64,000 bases of DNA from Phoronis australis. Its lineage: Eukaryota > Animalia > Phoronida. Under the pieces are notes generated by a model. It worked only from the letters and a program-made list of their open reading frames with translations. It was not told the DNA's origin and did no database searches. Shown piece by piece: positions 35,235 through 47,200 of this stretch (position 1 is the first letter of the stretch; the number at the start of each line of letters is the position of its first letter). The stretch lies in assembly GCA_002633005.1 (NCBI GenBank), contig NMRA01000042.1:890388-954387 (forward strand), in the 5' to 3' direction. The translations under genes and the position numbers were made by a program.

Positions 35235-38200
35235 CTTATTATTGTTGTTTTTATTATTGTTATTATTATTATTGCAATTATTGCTATTATCATTATTACT
35301 GTTATTATTAATTTGGACTTTTGATGGAGTTAGTGTCAGTCAAACTGATAAAGATATATAATTAGAAGAATTCACAATATTAGGAGGTAGACATCTGGTC
35401 AATTTAAACATACATATTTATTCAGGTCATAAGACACGTATTCATCAACAAAGTTATTAATTTTAATGCAAAATAACAGTAGAAAACAATAATAACAAAA
35501 TCTCGTTTTCTAACACTAAATATCGTATTCCTGTAAGGAAATGTCGTATAACCTATAGATCTAATTACGTTGCATACGCACTAGCTTGACTACGTTCAGG
35601 GACATTTCGCTTGTGTATCACAGACTTTTCACTAACATGATGGAAATCTCGTTCTCAGTCATATACGTACATCCAAACCTTAAGATTATGTAAGACCNCC
35701 AAGAGGCAATTGCCACGGCAAGCGATTTAGACTTAAGTTTAGAGAGGCTTTATGCATCTGTATCACACCCGGAAGTCACGCATCACCACAGTTCCATTAC
35801 CTCGTCTTAGACAGTGCCACCATGTCTACTTTTCAGTAGAGACAGTGATGCTCTGTTGGGCCTTCACAGGCTGGAAGCTTTGAGGCAAATTATACCTCAC
35901 ACTGATTAAACCATAAAAGTTAAGTTGCTATAAGTACCTTTTGCACGTATAGTCGCTTAGGAGGCTGTCGATGTCTAATTCCTTCCAGCTCAAACAAATA
36001 CTTCCGAAGTAGATGACTTGTAAGAAGTCCACTTCATGCAATTGCCCTTGATTCTGGGGGACTGGTTCCTGGACAGCTAGTGGGAGTCCTGTAACACAGA
36101 GGGAGGAAGACCAAGGGTGAATAGTCTTCCCAGTAATTCTGTACACAATTAAATATCTTAAGTTTGAAATACTGTCTCAGCCAGAGTGACATCCAAATCC
36201 ATGACTTTGTGGGTAACAGCGCCTGTACGCATTTACAAGTGGCTTAATAAGTGAACCAAAAGAGGGATTGCCCAAATTCTAAATCAATTATGTTACATCT
36301 GACATCTCTTCCTTAACAAAAGTAAATCACATATTCAAGAATACCCTGAGACTGTTGATCAGATTTGATTACACGATTTTGAAATGTCATTCGTCACTTT
36401 ATTTATTTATTATCTAGGAAATGCTTGAAGCATTGAAGGCATTGTCATCTGTGTTCTCGGAGAATAATCTGCGAAACCGCCGAAATTTGCGCAGTGATAT
36501 TGAACGCAGAAGCCTGGCCATCAATGAGGAGTTTGTGGCATCATTCAAGAAAGTCAAGGAGGTATTAATTGTTTTGTCAATTCTAACCGAGTGTGTAGGG
36601 GTGATGAGATGTTTTGAGTGGCTGGCCTCGTCCACCTGAACCTGAATCATAACCTGTACTTGTTATATGGATCCACATGGAATGCCAATAACCCATGCTG
36701 GTCAGAGTTCAAGTGACCAGTGCATAGGGCAGTCGAATGTGGTCTTTGCGGCCAAGGACGTCTGCCTCAAAGACTCCTACCTAGGAATTTTCTGTAAGGC
36801 AAGTGGAAGCACCTCCTACCATGGGAAGTCGCTGGACTCTTCTATGGGAGAGGACAGTGAAATTACTAAGCTCATGAAAGCAGCAAGGGTGGCTGCGAGG
36901 AGCGAATAGTGGCAGAAGGGCTTCAACTGTGCCAGATGGTAGCTCCCATTGTGTCTCTGCTGCTGCTAAGCAGAGGACATTTAGCGAGTTCGTCAGGTGC
37001 CTCAGAAGAAACTTGAAAATCTAGAAATCAATGTTCAGCAGGGTCTTAAGTGCCCCAAGTCTGACAACTCAACTCCTGGGACCAAACCACCTCACAAAGT
37101 GGCTAAAGTGGATAGGCTCCCTTATGCCAGCATGGCCAAGAAAGACCTTAGTGTCTTTGCGGCTGCAAAGGTTGGTGAGCCATCACTGAATGAGAATGAG
37201 GCAAAGCACCTCGAGGGCCATTTGCAGATGGCATTTGTCAAGCCTCAGAGTCCCGGTGTCCCACTTCATATTAAGTCAGTGAGACATGGGCAAGCTGGGG
37301 AGTGCATGTGATGACTCAGCTACCTTTGATTGGGTCAAGCTTAAGTGTAAGGAACTTACTTCAGATGGTCCCAACTCTAACAGGTCAGGGGACCATGTGA
37401 TGGGTCCAGGCATTCTACCTCCTGTGTTCAAGACGAAGTTGCTTTCAATAAGGATGAATTCCTGTTCATCCTTAAGGAATGTAGTAATGACCTGGATGTG
37501 ACAAAGGTTCTTGTGGTGCCGATGGATGCCATCAAACCAACACAAAATGTCGCTCAAAAGGATTTACTATCGTCCTACCCTTTGAAGAGTTTGCTTGGTA
37601 GACTCATAACCCATTCTGATATTAACAAATTGGCAGATGACATTAACAAAATGCCCTGACCAAGTGCTTTATGCCACTATCAGCACCTTCCTTCATTTGT
37701 CCATATTCCATTGATAGGCATTGCACGTTCCAACCATATTGCAAAGCCATTTTTATGTTTTGGTTGTCAATCAGTGTTTGTGGTACAAACATAGCAAAAA
37801 TTGACATTTCTTGACTGCTTTGATTAAAGTGCCACCTTTTCAGTAAAATGTGTTCGTGTCTTTGCTACTTTTCTGGTTCGGTTTTATGCTTTACTTTTGC
37901 TTCTAAATTTATAAGTACATGCATTAAATTGTTGTTGTAGTTGTTGTTGTTGTTGTTGTTGTTGTTCTTATTTTAAATCACCATTCCCTAACCTTTGAAA
38001 CTGGAATGAGCTAATCAAATCCAATTGATAGTGGTTAAAGTATTTCCAATACATTCTATTTTTTTAGTAATCGTTCTGCCATTTTGAATTCTTTTGAATT
38101 CTGTGAACATCGGTTTCATGCATTACCATTGCTTCATGTTTGTTTCCAGCAACTTGATAGTGTGTATGAAGATGTGCAAGCTATGTCAGACTGTTGCCAG

Positions 38201-41200
38201 GACATGACCAACAGACTGAGGGCTGCCAAGGAACAAACACATGACTTGATCAGTCAAACAACCCAACTCCAGACAGAGAGGTAAAATTACTGTTGTGTCA
38301 TCTGCCAATTTTCAAAAAAGTTAACAAATTTCTCTCAAGTTTGACGAAGTTCATCTGGTCTTGCTTTTTTAACGTTTTCACTAAAACTGAGAAGGAAATC
38401 GGACCAATTTAAACAAAATCGATTTATAATTCACCAGAAATTATTGCATCAACAGATGTTTGATGAGTAGAAATTCTGTCAACGTTTTTAAAACTTCTTT
38501 AGTGTTGTATGCACTAGCATGGCCAGTGTACAATAGTACGTACATTGCAGAAATGTGAGGCTTGTTTCATAAGGCATGTTTCTATGTGAGCTGAGCGAAC
38601 TCGTGCAGGTCTTCCCTGGCTGTCGCCATGAATTGTAAAGGGGGCATATGATCACCCTGAACTTCACTCGCACAGATCCTGTTTTATTCTCAAATTCTGG
38701 GGGTATATATACCACAGTCACTTAGGGTTAGTTTGTTTAACTTTGTTATTTAATTTACAGAATGCACCACTGGTTAGCAAATGTGCTCATACAGGCAGAA
38801 TGTTAGGTTGAAAAATGTTTCAGTGACTTTCTGTTGCTGCCTGTTTTTCATGGGTGGTTGCACCCTGCACATGTCTACCTTTTGGGGCTCTAGTATATGT
38901 TCTGGCACAGACAGCATATAAGGCATTACTTTGATAATGTCAGGTCTGTAATTACTTCAAGCTGGCATCCTCCAATTTCAAAGGCAACTGAGCAGGTTAC
39001 CAGGAAGTGTTTAGTCTAGAACCAGTAGGACACAATGCAACTTGCATTTTTGAGTTATTTTGGCACTCTTGGGACTAATTATGTGTTTGATTTCTTCCAG
39101 TCACAAGTTAGCCATGAGAGCCCAGGTGGCAGACGCCTTCCTTGCCAAGTTCCAGTTGCGGCCAGAAGAAGTGAAAGCACTGCGTGGGACCAGAGATGGC
39201 GCCCTGCAAAAGGTAAGGGTACGCCTGCTCTATGAAATTTCAGGCGTAAAATGCATTGGTTTGCCACCATTTTTGATTTAATGAAAATCTCAATGTCAAA
39301 ATAATGTGTTATATCTTTGTATTATGTCGTATTAGGAAATTTCCTGAACGAAAGCTTTGTCTCTTTGCATCTTCAGGTGAAGATTAGTTATTGGCTTGAA
39401 GCCGAGCAATGTATGACCTTTGTTTTGACATTTGCTCCCTTGTAAACATGGAATCAACCAACAAACATAAAGGTTTAATGCTAACAATGTACAACTTTGA
39501 TGTGATGTATAAATAGTGTAGTCAAGTAGATTACCAACAACTTCCAATCCATCTCTGTTTGTTCCTTGGTATGTTTATTTGCTTATTCATCTTAAATTTT
39601 TCTTGAGCTGTAGCAAATAATGAAGAATGTTTCTCAAAGATATTACACATTAGTCTCTGATTCATTTGAGTGTCACAAGCTCAATCAATTATCTACAACA
39701 TGGAACTTTATATTCTTCAATAATCTAACATCAATAATGCTTCCAAAAATGAATACTTGGAAATCACACATTTCTCCCGTTTTTACTACAGATTTTGTAC
39801 TTTCTTCATAGTTTTCATCTCAGTTTTAGATTGTCTTTGAAAATGCTCTAACACAGAACAATGGTATGCTTCAAAAAAAAACTTGTGTTAGTATTTCAAT
39901 TACTGTTTACCGTGTCTTTCAGAATTTCTTTGAGGCATTAGCAAGGGTGCGTCAGATTCACTCAGACTGCAAAATCCTATTGCGAACCAATCAGCAAACA
40001 GCTGGGTAATGTCATTGTCAGTATGATTTAGAATTGATATATTTCTCATTGATCACTGTCTAAAGCGTTGTAAGTAGCCCCTTATGTCATACCAACGCTC
40101 ATCTTTTATTCACTTGTTTGCCACAGTTTATAATTCATAAATAGCTGCATTTTGTTATTTTTAGCAGTAATCGGGTACAATGACTGTTTAAATTGACGTG
40201 TGTCTTGATTTTAAGATATTAAGTAATTGATGCATTTTATTAACATCATCAAAACTCTGTAATATATACTAAACACTGCTTTCCCTAGCTTTGCTGATGT
40301 ACTTTCAGGAGAGACTTAGTTTTCCAAATTTACACCATCACAGCTTTGTTGAATGACTCTGAACATTAACTCTAATTTGTATTTTTCAGCCTGGAAATCA
40401 TGGAGTCTATGGCACTGCACCAGGAGTCTGCTTATGAGAGGTTATACAGATGGGCTCAGAGTAAGTGCATGGTGGCGTGAGAGCATGCTATTTAGGGTGA
40501 CAAGTGGTCACACATTGAATGCGTGATGGTGGGAGCGTGGGTGTAGTGCATCAAACCTGCCGAACTGCAGTTATGTGCAGTTTGAGTGTGACAATTAACA
40601 CTGTATAACAGCTATGCATGTGGCTTTGAGAAAGTTTGTTTGTAGTGAGAACCTGAGAAGTATCTCATCATCAGTTGTTAATCAGTCTTTTTACGTCACC
40701 ATCTTTCTTTCGGTCTCAGTTACATGCGCATACTTGTGCATGAGTTGCCACCTGTCCTGTGATATCAATCACATGCAAATACATGTTCATAAGTTGTCCG
40801 AGACGAGTCGTTGTTGCTTTTATCGTGTTCGGAGGGCAGCGAGATAAGCTAGGTGGAGTTTAGTGCCCTCAGGTATTACATTTTGTATTATACCAAAGCC
40901 CCTCAAAATGATTTTACTTTGGCTGCAGATAAGGCCTTGCTACTTTGCTTTCTTGCTGACCTTTAAAGGAGCTCAGAGAAGAGCGTGAGTGTCGATCTTT
41001 CACTTTAGAATCATAGCCCTCTACTTACATTCCGTGAGTCCTTGTTTGAAAAACTTTCAGAACTGCGAGTTACATGTAGTCAAAGCATTTTGCTGTGCAT
41101 TTAGTAGCTGATGTGCGACTGCAGCTTGAAGTACTACTCTCTAGTGTTACATGTTTCAGATGAATGCCGAGCGTTAAGTGGAGACTCGCCTGATGTCAGC

Positions 41201-44200
41201 ATGTTGCTATGTCAAGCAATGGAGGCCCTTCAAGACAGGCCGGTCTTGTTTAGGTAGGCTTTAATACAAAAGAAATAAAAATTTTCATAGGTACTGATGA
41301 AATTGTAAAATGGTTTTATTTACATCACTGAAAAATAAGAAATCCAATCGGGCCTCAGTTGTTTTCAGAACATTTTTATGTTGTTATTAAGACTATCTCT
41401 TTGCTGTACAAAACTTGCTATTACAACAGGTTCACAAAAATTTTGGTTAAGAGGAACATCATTCATTATACTATGAGCCTTATTAGTGTCTGCATTTCTT
41501 TTACTGGACATTTTGTATTTGTACAATGTATATTGCGGGGCTAGAATTAGAGCACCAAAAAATCTGATTTGGTGGGCAATTATCTTACATAAGATATACG
41601 TTGGATGAGTTTGGTACAGCGCGGAGGACAGCCATTGTACGTGGATTCATCGACGCCCTGACCCGTGGTGGGCCTGGGGGTACGCCTCGACCAATAGAGC
41701 TCCACTCCCACGACCCCCTACGCTACGTGGGCGACATGTTGGCATGGCTTCACCAGGCTACAGCGTCAGAGAAGGAACACATACAGACACTGTTCAAACG
41801 ATGCAGCAAAGAAGGTACAGTAGTGGTATGCCCTGGTGTAAACTGTTGGGCATTAGTCACTTACAGGGTTGTGTATTTTGAGAACCAGTTTGATGCCCAT
41901 TATTCAGTGGGGAAAACTAGTTTGTCTGTCAAGTACACAATGTAGATTTTTGTAATAACATAAGGAATTCTTGGTGTTTTGTCAGCTGGTCTTTCTTGTC
42001 AGCCCTTGATAATAGCATTTTACTTTCAAAATGCTTCAAGGCATTGTTGTCTGAGTTACGATCTCGATTTTCTTTTAATTATCTGTATTCTGTGGGTACT
42101 ATAGCAGAGTGGACGTTGATGTGAGTGCAGTCTTTTCATCATTCCTTACCGTCTACACTGGAGTTGAGCGTAGTTCGATCTTGTTATCACAATCATTCCT
42201 ACCTTCACCATTAAGTTCTGCTTAGCTTCAGTACTTGCTTTGTTTTTCAGTATTTGTTGAATAGTGATGTATGTAAATGACAAATTTTTTGAACAAACCC
42301 TGTTTAAGTAAATTTTACCTTGTCAATGAACAATAAGTGAAGTATTTAAAGGACAAATTATATATAAAAACTTTGGGAAACTGTTATTTTTACCTGGTTT
42401 TGTCCTTGCGTTGTTATCTTGGAACACCAGCAGAGGGCGATGCTATTGTCACAGAAATCATTCAGTCATCATTCAGTAGAGGGATCCAAGTGGCTTTTCA
42501 TCATCTGGAGAGAGTTGCAGTTTCAAGAAGTTTTGACTTATTATTTGAGCATTAACTTGTCCACAGTTGTTCCCAAGATTAGCAAAATGTGGTGGAAAAC
42601 ATCTTTGTGTTTCTTGGTAAATTTTCTGTATGTTCGTTGCATTTCAGTGTCAGATACTCACATTCAAGATATTTTGAGTCATATCACTGAGGGAGTCTGC
42701 CGGGCTCTTAAGGTAAAGCATATTGGTTAGAACAGCTGTAGTTGTTTCTTCAAACATTCTGCATGGTGACTGTTAATGTTGTTAAATTTGGTCTTTCTGT
42801 TACTGTAATAGCAGTTACATTTCTTTTCACTTAAAATATCACACAGTTTTTGGTAGTGATTGTTATTTTTTAATAACATAATCATCTACATTCAAATTGT
42901 TGGGATTTTATCCCAGACTTAGTTTTTACAAAATGCAGTGTCCAATATTTCAGAAACATGATAAACGCTAAAATTACAAACATCCCAAGTGTTTCAAAGT
43001 GAACATATTAAATTTTCATTCATAATATTGGTAGTGTTAGTAGTGGTGGTGTTATTGACGTGCTTCCTTTGTTGTTCAAGGTGCGGGTTGAGCAGGTGCT
43101 TGTGGCAGAGTCGAGTGCTGTCATCCTCTACAAACTGACCAACTTGATCAAGTTCTATCACCACACAGTCAGGTAGGGCTGGGCTCACTGTGGGCAATGT
43201 TAGATAGATTGTGGGGCTTGCTTCTAGTATACACTTAGCATTGCTGCTCAGTAAGCAAATCCTAGTTTGATTTCTGCCTCTCAAATCTAATATTATGTTC
43301 GATAATAAAGTATTAAATTATAAATGTCACAAAGCAGTAACATGTAGGTGTACTTAGAATAGGCACATAAGTCTACATCGATTAAGATCTTTATTTTCTC
43401 ATATTTTGTTTTGAGCCTTGGCTGAGTGTATGTGCCTGTGTAGAAAGTTGTTGTTTTCAATACCAGAACATGAACATATTTATTGTAGTTTTAACCAGTG
43501 TTCGAGCTTCAACAAATATATGTTCTGCCTGGCAGGCCAGTTACTTGAATATAAGACCACATCCACATGGGCCTGTAGGTGAAAGTTTACTGGCCCCATC
43601 GCAAATCCACTTGCCCTGGGCCACCAAGCCAGCATGCTTTTTAATGCAGGTTTTAACTAACTTCATAAAGATTATGTAAAACCTGTGCAATTTGCTAAAT
43701 ATGTACAATATCGTAAACTTTGACTCAGTTGAAGTTTATTTTCTGAAATTAGAACGCCTGCAGAATTTGATTTGATTTGCTGTCAATTGGGTCATGTGAC
43801 CATATATTTTTATTAAAATTTAGCAAAAAGAAACGTACAGCCGTAGCAAAACAATGGTACAAAATTTCGTTGGATATCAATATTTTATATGATATTATTT
43901 CATTTTTGTTGATAAAAATCATAAAAGTCCTGTGTTTGATAGCCCCTCATGGCAAAGTGAAATACTTTAAAAGCTATTCCTAACAGTGTTTTGGAGAACA
44001 GTGCATTAGCCATATCTGTCTATGCTTTGCCATTTCCAACGCTCCAAAGTTAGCCTAATTTGGAAGTTTCTAGAGACCAACGTAAACTTGATGCGATTGC
44101 TTTGAGACTGTGTTGATGGCAGATCCCTCTTACAGACAGATCCTGACTGCTGAAGCCTCGTTGTTATCAACCTTGGGTGATATGGAGATACTGAGTAGGA

Positions 44201-47200
44201 AGATGTTCTTCAACAGTCTCAGTTGTCATGGCAATAAACTATTGGAGAAGGTAAGAGTCTGAACAGAGTGGGGTAAGATAGGCTATCCATCTGCTGAAAC
44301 ATTTTTATTTACTTAAAGTTGCTGAGCATGAGTTTGGAAAATAAAGATAAAATTCCAAGTAAGCCAAATTTAATTTTTGTATGTTAGCTATACTTGAAAA
44401 TAAATTATGGTATCTGATGTATGCCTTTGCACTCCATTACCGTTACTTAATTAGCTATGTTTTTGTTAATTAATTACACTACTGCTATTTTATTCATTCT
44501 ATATTTGTGATATCTATAAAATCTTTTGCTATCATATATGCGTCATCATGGCCGGCTGTATCTCCTCCAGGTGGAACTGCCCCCTGCTGACCTTGGCCCG
44601 GCCTCTTCACTGACCCAGACCCTACATCTTCTGCAGGAGGTGCTCGCCTCTCACGATAGTTTTGTCACACCCTTGGACTCTAGGCAGTCGGACTTCACAC
44701 AGGTAAGAATGCTGTTTATTCCTTTGCTAGTTTGGTCATTTGCTGGTGAATTTCAGCGTACAGTATTTAAGTAATAATCAGGTTGAAACAGTGAACAATG
44801 TATTATAGAATAGAGTAGATACCCTCCCTGGTCACATCTTGTAATTTGTACCTGGAACATTCTACAGTCTGTATAGACCTTCTAGGCACACTTACGGGTC
44901 AAATACAGACGTCTAATCAGACATGTAATTTGAAGGACTCCTCGTCATGCTGTCAATATTTACAATGTGAATCATTTTCATCACTGACTTTACTTTTTTG
45001 ACTTGTTGTTACTTGGTCACATCATGTGACCATGTATGGCTGTACAGGGTACTTTATTCATAGACTGTTATGGAGTCAGTGATGATCATTATCCATACTG
45101 CAAATGACTTTACAAACAAGGTGCCGGGTCAGCTTCATTTCAGTGTATGAAGAACAGTTTCAGTAGCAATGGCTTCACATTGTGGATTGATATTTTGACC
45201 TTTGACCTCAGTCTTGTATTTGTTTTTCCCAATACAGTCTTTGCTTTGCTGTCACTAATATTGGTTGTGTTTGCTGGTGATCTCTCATTATAATTTCCAC
45301 ACACATTGACTAGGCCAACTAGTTTCAGTACTAAATTATTTTCTTTTACGTTTTGTTCTATGTAAGTTATGGTGTTTCTTATTGCACTGCTATGTATGTA
45401 CAATTTCTTCTTAAATCAGCTATAAATCTGCATTCCTTCAAAGAAACTAACTTTTGACTAAGACAACTTACTGGTATAAAACTGATCTCAACTAGTTCAT
45501 AAGTCATATATGAGAGGTGCCTTTGGGCTAGAAAACAAACTGCTTCAAATCGTGCACATTGCATAAAGTAACTCATATTGACAAGCCAACTTGTAGAGCC
45601 TGGTCTCAAGCAAGTATAAACCGTCAGTTATTTCTAAGACCAGAAATTACCTCTAATTTGTCCAAGAAACAATTTTCAGACAAAAGTCATGGCGTTAAGG
45701 AATCTTAATAAAAAGGTCCAAAGTGCTCTGTACGAAGTATTGAAATTTTCTTCAGGTCATGTTCTGGTGAAAACGACATTCCATTTACTGCCGTTGCTAT
45801 TTGATAGCCTCTGTAAGTGGTGGCAGGCTATTAAGTGTTAAAATGAAACTTTGTTTTCAATACTATGTTATGTGTAATAGTATCATTCTGAACAGAATGT
45901 GTAAAGAAGATTATATGAGAAATGATGTTATGATAATAAAAATTAATGATTGATGACGACAATGGTTGTCAGAAAAATTGGAATGCTGGAATTATCAGAT
46001 AATCAATTATATGATTTATAAACACATTTTGAAAAGTTTAAATGACTGCAGATGTGCTTTTTCATAGTCAGTCAAATGTTAACGGATGGAGACAGTGATA
46101 CCTGCCCCTTTTAGTACCGCTCAACTCAGGCAACTGCTGGGTAACTTGTTTCAGATCATCACCTGTGTGATCGACCCCCTGATACAGATGTGCTCCGTGT
46201 CGGCCAGTAAATTGAATGCTGTTGACATGGCAACGTACATGTTAAACTCTATGTACGCCATGCAGACCAGTTTGGCACTGTATGAGTTCACTGATCAAAG
46301 GCTGGAGATGTTGCAAGCTCAGGTGAGACGATGATGGGGGGAGTACCAACTGATATATCAGGAAATAATTTCTTTTAAGGTGTGTTGAAAATACTGCTGT
46401 TGGTTTTTAGTACCTAGTCTAAAGTTTAGGCCAACACAATAGGGCCGTCCCGGATAACACTGCGATAGAACTCTCCTTTGGCTCAGAGGTGAGAAAGCGC
46501 ATTGACCTAGTTTTGGAATGTCTGGTACATTTTCAAAGGCCATGCCAGAAGCTGTCAAGGTTTGTGGTCGTGGTAACATTCCATATTTCAACCATTTAAA
46601 AGAATCTTCAGGAAATGTGTTCAAAATTAATTTAACGAACTTGTTTTATTCATTAGTTCCTCATTTTCTTGTCTTTGATATCATGAAGGGGACAAACTTA
46701 ACATCACACATCTATGGATATTTTTCAAGTTCATCCCACTTTCTCTAGACAGAGTTGTAGTCCACAACACAGCAGTAATACTTTGTTGGCATTAGAAAAA
46801 ATGAATAGGGTAATGCAGACAAGAAAGTTGTAACAAATAACATGTGGAACTACAATGACGCAATATAAAAGTGCTTGATGGGTATTGCAGTATTTTGGGT
46901 AAACACAGTGACATCCGAGTATTGTGGTGTAATTCAGAGCAGCCCTATTTCATTAATTTTTCTTCCTCATTATAACCGAATGCAGGCACATTTGAGAAAT
47001 AGCCAATTTGACAGAAAATTGGCCTGAGCCAGAATTCAAAATTGCAATGTTTCAGATGCAGGGCTGGTGCGTCAAGAAGTTTGTGGACTGTTGCTCTAGT
47101 CTCTACTTACAACTTCCACAGTCCTTATCCAGCAGTCTTATGTCAAATGTAGCCAAAATATCAGTCTCATTTATAACATTCGCCCTTGATGAGTTCGTGT

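Larger units (their letters stand above)
33054..37972 (+). repeat. ~2.2-kb direct duplication including COG6 exon 2: copy A 33054-~35240, copy B 35699-~37972
   Basis: Paired near-identical ORFs (33142/35928, 33883/36667, 34213/36997); copy B starts right after the N at 35698. Confidence 0.92.

Noticed and set aside
35158-35361. Poly-leucine ORF
   Set aside because: Translation of a TTG/TTA microsatellite.
46375-46600. Second TTAA-flanked element
   Set aside because: The terminal match (GTTGAAA.TA / TATTTCAAC) is too degenerate to support a call.
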